Position numbers and translations under genes: made by a program
Part shown: piece after piece, positions 35,876-44,208 of the stretch
How positions within the stretch are numbered: the stretch's first letter is position 1
Layout of the letters: every line of letters begins with the position of its first letter
The notes under the pieces: model-generated
Seen by the model: the letters and a program-made list of their open reading frames with translations, nothing else
Told to the model about the DNA's origin: nothing
Databases searched by the model: none
Source of the DNA: Candidatus Zixiibacteriota bacterium
GTDB lineage: Bacteria > Zixibacteria > MSB-5A5 > GN15 > FEB-12
Direction: 5' to 3'
Length of the DNA stretch: 64,000 nt
Assembly (NCBI GenBank): GCA_028289585.1
Contig: JANQPI010000035.1
Span: 30,717-94,716 of the forward strand

Positions 35876-36823
35876 ATGCCGGTCACACCGACCGATTACA
35901 TTTGGATGGATGGCGACCTCGTTAAATGGGAAGACGCCAAGATACATATTCTCGCCCATGCGATGCATTACGGTTCGTCGGTCTTTGAAGGCATGCGCGT
36001 CTACAAGACGCCCAAGGGCCCGGCCGCATTTCGTCTCCGCGAGCACACCCAGCGCCTGTTCAATTCCGCCAAGCTCTATTACATGGAGATTCCGTTCACG
36101 CCGATGGAGATCAACGATGCGATCATGAATCTGGTTCGCATTAACGACCTCGAGGAATGCTACGTGCGTCCGTTGGCGTATCGCGGCTATGGTGACGTTG
36201 GGGTCGACCCGACCGGAATTCCGATCAGTGTCGCGATCGCGGTCTGGCCATGGGGTAAGTACCTCGGCGAGGGAGCGCTTGAGAAAGGCGTCTCGGTCTG
36301 TTTCTCATCGTGGAATCGCATGGCTCCGAATACACTCCCGGCGATGGCCAAGGCCGGTGCCAACTATATGAATTCGCAGCTAATGAAGCTTGAGGCGAAG
36401 CGCCAGGGCTATGTCGAAGCGATCGCGCTCGACACCAATGGCCTCGTATCGGAAGGCTCCGGCGAGAACATCTTTGTCATTCACAACGAACGAATCATCA
36501 CGCCCACCTTTGGTGCGTCGATTCTACCAGGCATTACCCGCGACACGATCATGACGCTTGCCCGCGAAATGGGTTATCGCGTGATCGAACAGGATATCCC
36601 ACGTGAAATGGTCTACCTCGCCGACGAGGTCTTCTTCACGGGCACTGCAGCTGAGGTTACACCGATCTCGTGCGTCGACGATCATGTTATCGGTACGGGG
36701 GTTGCCGGCCCGATTACGCGCCGTCTCCAGCAGGCGTTCTTTGACATTCTTCAGGGGAACACCGATGACACGCACGGCTGGCTGACACCAGTTGCAGAGT
36801 ACAAGCCGATGGCTACGGTCTAG
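35876..36823 (+). CDS. ilvE: Branched-chain amino acid aminotransferase
   Basis: IWMDGDLVKWEDAKIHILAHAMHYGSSVFEGMRVY, PLAYRGYGDVGV, TGTAAEVTPI. RBS GAAGGAGG. Confidence 0.93.
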   Translation: MPVTPTDYIWMDGDLVKWEDAKIHILAHAMHYGSSVFEGMRVYKTPKGPAAFRLREHTQRLFNSAKLYYMEIPFTPMEINDAIMNLVRINDLEECYVRPLAYRGYGDVGVDPTGIPISVAIAVWPWGKYLGEGALEKGVSVCFSSWNRMAPNTLPAMAKAGANYMNSQLMKLEAKRQGYVEAIALDTNGLVSEGSGENIFVIHNERIITPTFGASILPGITRDTIMTLAREMGYRVIEQDIPREMVYLADEVFFTGTAAEVTPISCVDDHVIGTGVAGPITRRLQQAFFDILQGNTDDTHGWLTPVAEYKPMATV

Positions 36824-36827
36824 GTCG

Positions 36828-37280
36828 ATGAGAATCGCGCTCGGCGCCGACCATAAAGGCTACCAGTATAAGGAGAGGGTCAAGGAGATCCTCTCCCGGC
36901 TGGGGCATGAAGTGACTGATTTCGGCACCAATTCAGAGGAATCCGTCGACTATCCAGACTTCGGAGAGGCTGCGGCGCGGGCGGTGATCGACGGCCAAGC
37001 CGACATCGCAATCGGTGTATGCTGGACCGGTAACGGCATCAATATCGCCGCTAATAAGGTGCACGGCATCCGCTCGGCGCTCGTACTCTCGCCCGAAATG
37101 GCCCATCTCGCCCGGGCTCACAACAATGCCAATTTCCTGGCACTGTCCGGTAAGTACACGCCGGAGGATCAGCTTGAGGCGATCGTCACCGAGTTTCTCT
37201 CGACCGAATTCGAGGGTGGGCGCCACGCGCGTCGGGTCGACAAGCTGACGGCCGAAGACAACGCCCGCGTCGGCTGCTAA
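36828..37280 (+). CDS. rpiB: Ribose-5-phosphate isomerase B
   Basis: ATG 36828. MRIALGADHKGYQYKERVKEIL...GVCWTGNGINIAANKVHGIRSAL. Confidence 0.9.
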   Translation: MRIALGADHKGYQYKERVKEILSRLGHEVTDFGTNSEESVDYPDFGEAAARAVIDGQADIAIGVCWTGNGINIAANKVHGIRSALVLSPEMAHLARAHNNANFLALSGKYTPEDQLEAIVTEFLSTEFEGGRHARRVDKLTAEDNARVGC

Positions 37281-37397
37281 CTCTCTCTGTAACCCTTCCT
37301 ACCCCATCATATCGCTAACCATTGATTTTGCAGGGGCACCCGCCTACCTTTCGGTGTTATCCGAATACCCACCCAAGGTGGTGAAAGGGAGGCTGTT

Positions 37398-38660
37398 ATG
37401 GCGCATCTCCGAGAGACCGACCCCGACATCTTTGCGGCAATTCAGAATGAAATCCGGCGGCAGTCGACCAAGCTGGAGCTGATTGCTTCCGAGAACTTCA
37501 CCTCCGAGGCGGTCATGGCCGCCACCGGTTCGGTGATGACCAACAAGTACGCTGAGGGGTACCCGGGGAAGCGCTATTATGGCGGCTGCGAGTTCGTCGA
37601 CGTGGCGGAAGATCTTGCCCGCGACCGTGCCCGCGAGTTGTTTGGTGCCGAGCACGCCAACGTTCAGCCGCATTCCGGATCGAACGCCAACCTGGCCGTC
37701 TATATGGCATCGCTGAAACCAGGTGACACAGTGATGGGGCTCGATCTCTCGCACGGTGGTCACCTCACCCACGGCCACCCAATCAACGTCTCCGGCATCC
37801 TCTACAACTTCACCGGCTATCAGGTCGACGCCAAGACAGAGGTGATCGACTACGACGCCCTCCGGGAGCAGGCGCGCGAGGTTCGCCCGAAGATGATCGT
37901 GTGCGGCGGTTCCGCCTACCCGCGGACCTGGGACTTCGAGGCGATTCGTTCGATCTGTGATGAGGTCGGTGCTCTGATGATGGCCGACATTGCCCATATT
38001 GCCGGGCTGGTTGCTGCCAAGCTGCATCCGTCGCCGATTCCGTTTGCCGACTTCGTGACGACAACGACTCACAAGACGCTGCGCGGGCCGCGCGGGGGTC
38101 TGATTCTCTGCAAGGAACAGTATGCTACGGACATCGATCGCATGGTCATGCCCGGTGTGCAGGGGGGACCGCTGATGCACGTCATCGCTGCCAAAGCGGT
38201 TGCGTTCCAGGAGGCGCTTTCACCGACTTTTGTCGCCTATCAGCAGCAGGTTCTCAGCAACGCCGCGGCTCTCGCCGCAGCGCTGGTCGAAAAAGGCCAC
38301 CGCCTTGTCACCGGCGGCACCGACACGCATCTGCTCCTGATGTCGTTTATCGACATCGAAAAGGTCACCGGCAAGAAAGTCGAGAAAGCGCTCGATGCTG
38401 CCGGAATCACGGCCAATAAGAACACGGTGCCGTTCGATCCTGAGAAACCGTTCGTGACATCAGGAATTCGACTGGGTACTCCAGCGGTAACGACACGTGG
38501 GATGAAAGAGCCAGAAATGGTCCGGATTGCTGATTTCATCGATCGGGCGATCAAGAATCGTCGTAATGAGGACGGACTGGCCGAGATCGCACGTGAAGTC
38601 AGCGCGTTTGCCGAGCCGTTTCCGTTACCGGTTTACCAGGCCGATCGCGTTACCGTTTAG
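37398..38660 (+). CDS. glyA: Serine hydroxymethyltransferase
   Basis: [41 protein letters not shown]-site [14 protein letters not shown]. Confidence 0.97.
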   Translation: MAHLRETDPDIFAAIQNEIRRQSTKLELIASENFTSEAVMAATGSVMTNKYAEGYPGKRYYGGCEFVDVAEDLARDRARELFGAEHANVQPHSGSNANLAVYMASLKPGDTVMGLDLSHGGHLTHGHPINVSGILYNFTGYQVDAKTEVIDYDALREQAREVRPKMIVCGGSAYPRTWDFEAIRSICDEVGALMMADIAHIAGLVAAKLHPSPIPFADFVTTTTHKTLRGPRGGLILCKEQYATDIDRMVMPGVQGGPLMHVIAAKAVAFQEALSPTFVAYQQQVLSNAAALAAALVEKGHRLVTGGTDTHLLLMSFIDIEKVTGKKVEKALDAAGITANKNTVPFDPEKPFVTSGIRLGTPAVTTRGMKEPEMVRIADFIDRAIKNRRNEDGLAEIAREVSAFAEPFPLPVYQADRVTV

Positions 38661-38666
38661 TCGTTA

Positions 38667-38981
38667 ATGCCGCTCTTTCAGTTGACGATCTTTCCGACCG
38701 ACAAGCAGGGACCATCCGGTTCTGATGCGCTGGCCCCCGTCATTGCTCGCATCGCGGCGTCGGGATTGCCCTACCAGCTCAACGCGATGGCCACGCTGAT
38801 TGAGGGGGAATGGGATGAGGTGATCACACTGGTGGGGGCGTGTCGGGAGATCCTTCGGCGGTCCCACGATCGCGTCTATTTGATTCTTACTGTTGACGAT
38901 CGCCAGGGGGCGGTCGATCGCATTCATGGAAAAGTCCGTTCTATCCACGAAAAACTAGCCAACGAAGGACCAAACGAATGA
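38667..38981 (+). CDS. MTH1187/YkoF-family (UPF0045, thiamine-binding-like) protein
   Basis: 104 aa. LTIFPTDKQG...ARIAASGLPYQLNAMATLIEGEWDEV pattern of the family. Confidence 0.7.
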   Translation: MPLFQLTIFPTDKQGPSGSDALAPVIARIAASGLPYQLNAMATLIEGEWDEVITLVGACREILRRSHDRVYLILTVDDRQGAVDRIHGKVRSIHEKLANEGPNE

Positions 38982-39319
38982 GTGAACTACGGGTCGTTCT
39001 GATTACCGCCCGGACGAATGAAGCCGAGGAGCTGGCGGCAAAAATCGTTGAGGCGCGCATGGCCGCTTGTGTCAACATTGTCCCAAGCATGACCTCAATC
39101 TATTGGCTGAACAACAAAGTGCAGCGTGCTGAGGAAAGTCTGCTGGTTGCCAAATCGACCACTGATCGGGTCCAGGCGCTGATCGACTTTGTCGAGGACG
39201 AGCATTCGTACGCCCTACCGGAGATCATTGCGATGCCGGTTTCCGAGGGACTCTCCGGATACTTCGATTGGGTTCGTAAGGAAGCGAGCGGCGATCCGTC
39301 GTCACTCAGCATGGAGTAA
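38978..39319 (+). CDS. cutA: Divalent-cation tolerance protein CutA
   Basis: ATGA overlap with the upstream gene. LAAKIVEARMAACVNIVPSMTSIYWLNNKVQRAEESLLVAKS...YALPEIIAMPV. Confidence 0.85.
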   Translation: MSELRVVLITARTNEAEELAAKIVEARMAACVNIVPSMTSIYWLNNKVQRAEESLLVAKSTTDRVQALIDFVEDEHSYALPEIIAMPVSEGLSGYFDWVRKEASGDPSSLSME

Positions 39320-39329
39320 CGCTTCGGCG

Positions 39330-40148
39330 GTGTCAGACTTCACGCAGATTAACCAGCATCTTGCCAAGCTGCTGCGGCTGATCCGACTTCCTCTCAATCC
39401 CAATGATCCGCCCCGCCTGCTGCCGCAATCGCATTGGGTCATCAAGCAAAGCCGGGAGGTTATGGGTTCGCGACCGGAGGTCGCTACCGAACCACTGATC
39501 AAGCTGGGGAACATCGAGTACGGTCTGGGTGAGTTCGTGCGTGCCGTCGAATATTTTACACGGGCGGCCAATCAAGCGAACGAGGATGGTGACGATCGTC
39601 TGACGGATGTCGCCTTGCGCAATCTTGGTGTCGCTCAGCTGGCCAGTGAACAGTCGGATGCAGCGATTCGGACCTATGATCTGATCGCGGAACGCGCCGC
39701 GTTGATCAGCGAGGCGCCGACACAACGACTGGAAGCGATGATTAACAAAGCGACCGCGCTCCGCCGTGCCGATAGGCTCGACGACGCCCGTGCGACGCTT
39801 GAGGAAGTATGCCGCGTTGCGGCTGAGTCCGGTTTCCCTGATCTCGAAGCCAAGTGTTGGATGGACTTGTCGCTCTTTGATTACGCCAACGGTGAGACCA
39901 GGGCAGCTATTCAGAAGCTGAGGCGTGCCCTCGATCTCTATGCCATGAGTGGCAATATCGCCGATCAGTTGCGAGCCTACTACAACATCGCCCTCGTCTA
40001 CGCTGATAGCGGTGATCGACCAGCCGCTATCCGTCACTTAGAGCATGCGTTAACGCTACAGCGCGAACACAAGATCGAGTACGGGGACGAGTTGATCAGC
40101 AAAACCCTTGAGGAAATGCGCTCGCTCTCCGATTCCGGTGCGTCATGA
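39330..40148 (+). CDS. TPR-repeat protein
   Basis: TPR-like helices (LGEFVRAVEYFTRAANQ, AIRTYDLIAERAA, AIQKLRRALDLYAMSGN, AIRHLEHALTLQRE). The start is uncertain (GTG 39330 chosen; the track ORF from 39189 overlaps cutA). Confidence 0.6.
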   Translation: MSDFTQINQHLAKLLRLIRLPLNPNDPPRLLPQSHWVIKQSREVMGSRPEVATEPLIKLGNIEYGLGEFVRAVEYFTRAANQANEDGDDRLTDVALRNLGVAQLASEQSDAAIRTYDLIAERAALISEAPTQRLEAMINKATALRRADRLDDARATLEEVCRVAAESGFPDLEAKCWMDLSLFDYANGETRAAIQKLRRALDLYAMSGNIADQLRAYYNIALVYADSGDRPAAIRHLEHALTLQREHKIEYGDELISKTLEEMRSLSDSGAS

Positions 40149-40594
40149 GATGCCCGAAGTGCGGACATCTGGAGGATCGCGTGGTCGATAGCCGGCCCTA
40201 TCAGGAGCATCGCGGTATTCGTCGTCGCCGAGAATGTGCCCACTGCAATTGGCGCTATACGACGTTTGAGTATATCGAGACTGACCAGCTAACTGTCCTT
40301 AAGTCCGATGGTCGGCGTGAGCCATTCGATCCCGGCAAGGTTCTGTATGGCGTTAAACTCGCCTGTAACAAGCGTCCGGTAACGGGTCCAGAGATGGCCA
40401 ATATTGTCGAACGCATTGTTGCGAGTCTTCATGCTCTGGGATCACCGGAGGTAACAACTCAGCAGATCGGTGAGGCCGTCATGGAGGAACTCCGAACCGT
40501 CGATGAGATAGCCTATGTTCGGTTTGCGTCGGTGTATCGCAAATTCAAAGACAAGAATGAGTTCCTCGACGAAATGAAGCGGCTGTTGGAATAG
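40145..40594 (+). CDS. nrdR: Transcriptional repressor NrdR
   Basis: MRCPKCGHLEDRVVDSRP...RRRECAHCNWRYTTFE zinc ribbon plus an ATP-cone. Confidence 0.95.
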   Translation: MRCPKCGHLEDRVVDSRPYQEHRGIRRRRECAHCNWRYTTFEYIETDQLTVLKSDGRREPFDPGKVLYGVKLACNKRPVTGPEMANIVERIVASLHALGSPEVTTQQIGEAVMEELRTVDEIAYVRFASVYRKFKDKNEFLDEMKRLLE

Positions 40595-40598
40595 GCTG

Positions 40599-41354
40599 AT
40601 GTCAATGACTCACCGCCCCCTTGATCAGCAGGGTACCACCGATGACTCGGTGGCTCCCATGATGCCGTTCCTTGAGCATCTTGAGGAACTCCGCCGCCGA
40701 CTTCTGAAAGCGGGTCTGGCGATCGTGCTGTTTGCGATCGCCGCGTTCGTCTTTGCCGAACCAGTAATCTCCTTCTTGATCCGACCTCTCGGCGATACGC
40801 CACTGCACGTAACGGAGGTCACCGGAGCGTTCTATGCCTATTTGAAGATCTCGTTGATCGTTGGCATCACGGCCGCGCTGCCGATTGTTGTCTACCAGGC
40901 CTGGGCGTTCATTGCGCCGGGACTGTATCCTTCGGAACGGCGTCTGACTCTGCCAATCGTTCTCGCGTCGACGCTCCTGTTCGCCCTGGGTGCGGCGTTT
41001 TGCTATGTCGTTGTGCTTCCGCTCTCGCTCCGTTTCCTGATTGATTTTGGCGGCGGGTTGTTCAGCCCGATCATCACCGTATCGAGTTATATCTCGTTCT
41101 CCGGATTCTTGCTGCTGGCCTTTGGGCTCTCCTTCCAGCTCCCGATTCTGGCGTTCTTCCTGGGCAAGCTGGGGATTGTCGATTCGCGCATGCTCGGTAA
41201 GGGCCGCCGGTACGCTGTCGTCCTGATCCTCGTGCTGGCTGCGATTGTTACGCCGACTCCAGATGTGTTCACTCAGCTGACGCTCGCGCTGCCGATGTAC
41301 GCCCTCTACGAAGGCTCAATCCTGCTCGTACGGGCCACCGGTCGCCGTAACTGA
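40599..41354 (+). CDS. tatC: Twin-arginine translocase subunit TatC
   Basis: MPFLEHLEELRRRLLKAGLAIV, six TM helices, LTLALPMYALYE. Confidence 0.93.
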   Translation: MSMTHRPLDQQGTTDDSVAPMMPFLEHLEELRRRLLKAGLAIVLFAIAAFVFAEPVISFLIRPLGDTPLHVTEVTGAFYAYLKISLIVGITAALPIVVYQAWAFIAPGLYPSERRLTLPIVLASTLLFALGAAFCYVVVLPLSLRFLIDFGGGLFSPIITVSSYISFSGFLLLAFGLSFQLPILAFFLGKLGIVDSRMLGKGRRYAVVLILVLAAIVTPTPDVFTQLTLALPMYALYEGSILLVRATGRRN

Positions 41355-41365
41355 TCCGGCTTGGC

Positions 41366-41399
41366 TTGACAGAACGTGTTCTCTGGCACAATCTTAGCG
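41366..41399 (+). promoter_or_regulatory. Promoter-like region upstream of tRNA-Gly: a perfect TTGACA -35 box overlapping a sigma-54-like TGGCAC-N5-TAGC element
   Basis: TTGACA at 41366-41371. TGGCACAATCTTAGC at 41384-41398 has the GG-N10-GC spacing. The tRNA 5' end is at 41409. Confidence 0.35.
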
Positions 41400-41408
41400 C
41401 TCCGGTCA

Positions 41409-41483
41409 GCGGGCGTAATTCAGTGGTAGAATGCAAGCTTCCCAAGCTTGACGTCGCCGGTTCGAGTCCGGTCGCCCGCTCCA
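41409..41483 (+). tRNA. tRNA-Gly (anticodon CCC), with encoded CCA
   Basis: Manual cloverleaf. Acceptor GCGGGCG/CGCCCGC. D-arm ATTC-AGTGGTA-GAAT. Anticodon arm CAAGC-TTCCCAA-GCTTG. T-arm GCCGG-TTCGAGT-CCGGT. Discriminator T plus CCA. Confidence 0.95.
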
Positions 41484-41519
41484 TTTCTCCGTTGAGTTTG
41501 AGGTAGAACGAGGCAGTTT

Positions 41520-42836
41520 GTGAGTCGTTTACGTATCCGAGATGTCGATCCTTTTTCGCCGCTGTTCGGCTATGTCCGACCGGGATGGACGCTTGTTTCC
41601 GTCAACGAGCAGCCGGTTGAGGACGAAATCGACTTTCGGTACAAGATCAGCGAAGATCGGATCTCGATCGTCTTCGCCAATCCCGACGACGAAGAACTGG
41701 AGTTTGAATTCGAGGACATTGATGCCGTCACGCTCGGACTCACTCTCGACGACCGTAAGATCAAGCTCTGTAAGAATGATTGTATTTTCTGCTTCATTTT
41801 GCAGCAGCCCCCGGGGATGCGCCGGACGCTTTATTTGAAAGACGAAGATTACCGGTTGTCGTTCACGCACGGTAACTTCATCACGTTGTCGAATACATCC
41901 GATTCCGACCTCGAACGGATTGTCGAACAGAAACTGTCACCGCTCTACATTTCGGTACACGCTACTGATGATACGCTGCGACGTTGTATGCTTCGCAATG
42001 AACGGCTTGCTCCGATCGTGCCGCGAATCAAGTATCTTACTGACAACGGCATCACCGTTCATACTCAGGCAGTTCTTTGTCCGGAGATCAACGATGGTGC
42101 GTACGCTGAACAGACGATTCGGGATCTTGCGGCTCTTCACCCCGGTGTCGAGTCACTGGCTGTCGTACCGGTCGGACTCACTCGGTATCGCGACGGATTG
42201 GCCAAGCTGCGGCCGTACCGACCTGATGAGGCCCGTCGTGTAGTCGCTCAAGTGGAGGCGATCCAGCAGGATCTGCTCGCCGAGCTGGGCACCCGTTTTG
42301 TGTGGCCGGCTGACGAATTCTACACGATTGCCGATCTCGATTTCCCGGGCGAATCGACCTATGAACACACGCCCCAATTCGAAAACGGCATCGGCATGTG
42401 CCGGGAGTTCATCACTGGCTGGCATCGACGGAAGCGTTGGCTTCGTGATATTCAGACCGATCGCCGCATTCTTATGCTAACCGGGACCTCCGCCTATCCG
42501 TTTCTCTCACGACACTGCCTGCCGTATCTTCGCGACCAACTCGGACTGCGCGTTGATCTCCATGCTGTCACCAACCGGTTCTGGGGAGAGACCGTCACCG
42601 TGTCGGGACTTCTGACCGGCCAGGACCTTCTGCGCCACGCCCGCCAGCATGAGTCGAAATTCGATCTCCTGATCCTCCCGCCGAACTGCACCAATGACGA
42701 GGACCTTTTTCTCGACAACCTGACATTGACTCAGTTTCGGCAGGCGCTCAAAAAACCGGTTGTCATTGGGCACTACAACCTGGCCGATACTATTCGTGAG
42801 GCGGTCGCGAGCGACTCTGCCGTCGTTGCCGCATGA
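41520..42836 (+). CDS. DUF512-family protein (PDZ-like N-terminus plus radical-SAM-type CxxxCxxC core)
   Basis: GTG start. LCKNDCIFCFILQ (C-x3-C-x2-C), RLSFTHGNFITLSN. Sits immediately upstream of der and overlaps it. Confidence 0.75.
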   Translation: MSRLRIRDVDPFSPLFGYVRPGWTLVSVNEQPVEDEIDFRYKISEDRISIVFANPDDEELEFEFEDIDAVTLGLTLDDRKIKLCKNDCIFCFILQQPPGMRRTLYLKDEDYRLSFTHGNFITLSNTSDSDLERIVEQKLSPLYISVHATDDTLRRCMLRNERLAPIVPRIKYLTDNGITVHTQAVLCPEINDGAYAEQTIRDLAALHPGVESLAVVPVGLTRYRDGLAKLRPYRPDEARRVVAQVEAIQQDLLAELGTRFVWPADEFYTIADLDFPGESTYEHTPQFENGIGMCREFITGWHRRKRWLRDIQTDRRILMLTGTSAYPFLSRHCLPYLRDQLGLRVDLHAVTNRFWGETVTVSGLLTGQDLLRHARQHESKFDLLILPPNCTNDEDLFLDNLTLTQFRQALKKPVVIGHYNLADTIREAVASDSAVVAA

Positions 42837-44143
42837 GTCGCCCGGTCGTCGCCATCGTCGGACGACCGAACGTTGGTAAATCCTCACTCTTTAATCGAAT
42901 CGTTGGGTCACGCATTGCTATTGTCGATCCAACACCGGGCGTCACTCGGGATCGCAACTACGGCATCGCGGAATGGCAAGGCCGCGAATTCCATCTGGTC
43001 GATACCGGTGGCATGGTGCCGCAGTCGGAAGATCTCATGCAGCGCCTCATTACCGATCAGGCGTTGTTTGCGATCGGTGAAGCTGATGTCATCCTGTTCG
43101 TTGTCGATGCGCAGACGGGTGTCGATCCTCACGATCGGGACCTTGCCCGGCAACTTCAGCAGACGCAAAAACCGGTTCTTGTCGCCGCCAACAAAGCCGA
43201 CAACGAGCTGCTCGAAGCGGAGATCTACGATTTCCTGAAGCTTGGGCTGGGAGATCCCTCGGCGACCTCGGCAACGGCGGGAAGCGGCATCGGCGACCTG
43301 CTTGATCGTGTCGTTGAGCTGTTTCCCTCGCTCGACTCAGGTGACACTGCCGCCGATGGCATTCGAGTCGCCCTAATCGGCCGGCCGAACGTCGGTAAGT
43401 CGAGTTTCATTAATCGACTCCTTGGCGAAGAGCGGCTGATTGTGTCGAACATTGCCGGAACGACTCGCGATGCAATCGATAGCCGCATTGAGTACGGCGG
43501 TAACTCGTACGTCTTAATCGATACGGCCGGGATTCGCCGCCGCTACAAAGTCGTCGAGAACATTGAGTTTTACACCAATCTCCGCACCACGCGAGCTCTG
43601 GAAACCGCAGAAGTCGCTGTTGTGCTGATCGATGCGGTCGATGGGGTGACGACTCAAGATCAACGAATTCTGACGCAGGTTCTGGAGTCGCGTCGAGCCG
43701 CAGTACTTGCCATCAACAAGTGGGATCTGATTGCGAAAGATACGCATACTGCGGATCGCTTTACCAAAGAGGTGGAGCGCCTTGTTGCGATGAACGCCTA
43801 CGTACCACTCCTCTACATTTCAGCCCTTACCGGTCAGCGTGTTACGAAAGTCCTGGATACTGTCCGCACTGTTCACGCGGAGTATCATCGTCGTATCAGC
43901 ACCGCCGAGCTCAATGATTTTCTCAATCAGGCTCTGGCTCGCCGGAAGCCACCCGCCCGGCAGGGGAAGTTTATCCAGATTAAGTATCTGACGCAGTCCG
44001 AGGTCGCTCCGCCGACATTTATCTTCTTTGCCAACCACGTTCGCCTGATCGATAAGTCGTACGTTCAATACCTGACCAATCGACTCCGTGAAACGTTCGG
44101 GTTCACGGGCGTTCCGATCCGCCTGAAATTCAAGGCGAAATAG
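42833..44143 (+). CDS. der: Ribosome-associated GTPase Der (EngA), double GTPase domain
   Basis: Two G-domains (VAIVGRPNVGKSSLFN; VALIGRPNVGKSSFIN) and a KH-like C-terminus. Confidence 0.96.
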   Translation: MSRPVVAIVGRPNVGKSSLFNRIVGSRIAIVDPTPGVTRDRNYGIAEWQGREFHLVDTGGMVPQSEDLMQRLITDQALFAIGEADVILFVVDAQTGVDPHDRDLARQLQQTQKPVLVAANKADNELLEAEIYDFLKLGLGDPSATSATAGSGIGDLLDRVVELFPSLDSGDTAADGIRVALIGRPNVGKSSFINRLLGEERLIVSNIAGTTRDAIDSRIEYGGNSYVLIDTAGIRRRYKVVENIEFYTNLRTTRALETAEVAVVLIDAVDGVTTQDQRILTQVLESRRAAVLAINKWDLIAKDTHTADRFTKEVERLVAMNAYVPLLYISALTGQRVTKVLDTVRTVHAEYHRRISTAELNDFLNQALARRKPPARQGKFIQIKYLTQSEVAPPTFIFFANHVRLIDKSYVQYLTNRLRETFGFTGVPIRLKFKAK

Positions 44144-44150
44144 CCTTTCT

Positions 44151-44203
44151 GGCAATCCGTACGGAATTGCCGGGTCGAGATTTCGCTCTATCGGCCGATA
44201 GAG
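44151..44203. promoter_or_regulatory. Two consecutive palindromes between der and the phosphatase gene
   Basis: GGCAATCCGTACGGAATTGCC (44151-44171; 10 paired positions with one bulged A) and the perfect 18-bp palindrome CTCTATCGGCCGATAGAG (44186-44203), 5 nt before ATG 44209. Confidence 0.55.
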
Positions 44204-44208
44204 CCGAT

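Noticed and set aside
37281-37397. Possible folate/ZTP-type riboswitch upstream of glyA, which is a common target of the pfl/ZTP motif.
   Set aside because: I could not find the conserved ZTP elements (the GGGUCGUGACUGGCG-like 5' part and the CCGCCUGGGC 3' part). Only a short CCACC-CAA-GGTGG hairpin and a partial CCGCCT are present. An Infernal scan would settle it.
37344-38180. 278-aa ORF on the minus strand opposite glyA.
   Set aside because: It lies entirely antisense to an unmistakable serine hydroxymethyltransferase gene. Its translation is low-complexity and Arg/Gly/His-rich. This is a typical shadow ORF of a high-GC genome.
41269-41484. 71-aa minus-strand ORF beginning MERATGLEPATSSLGS.
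   Set aside because: It is the antisense translation of the tRNA-Gly gene, a classic artefact peptide.
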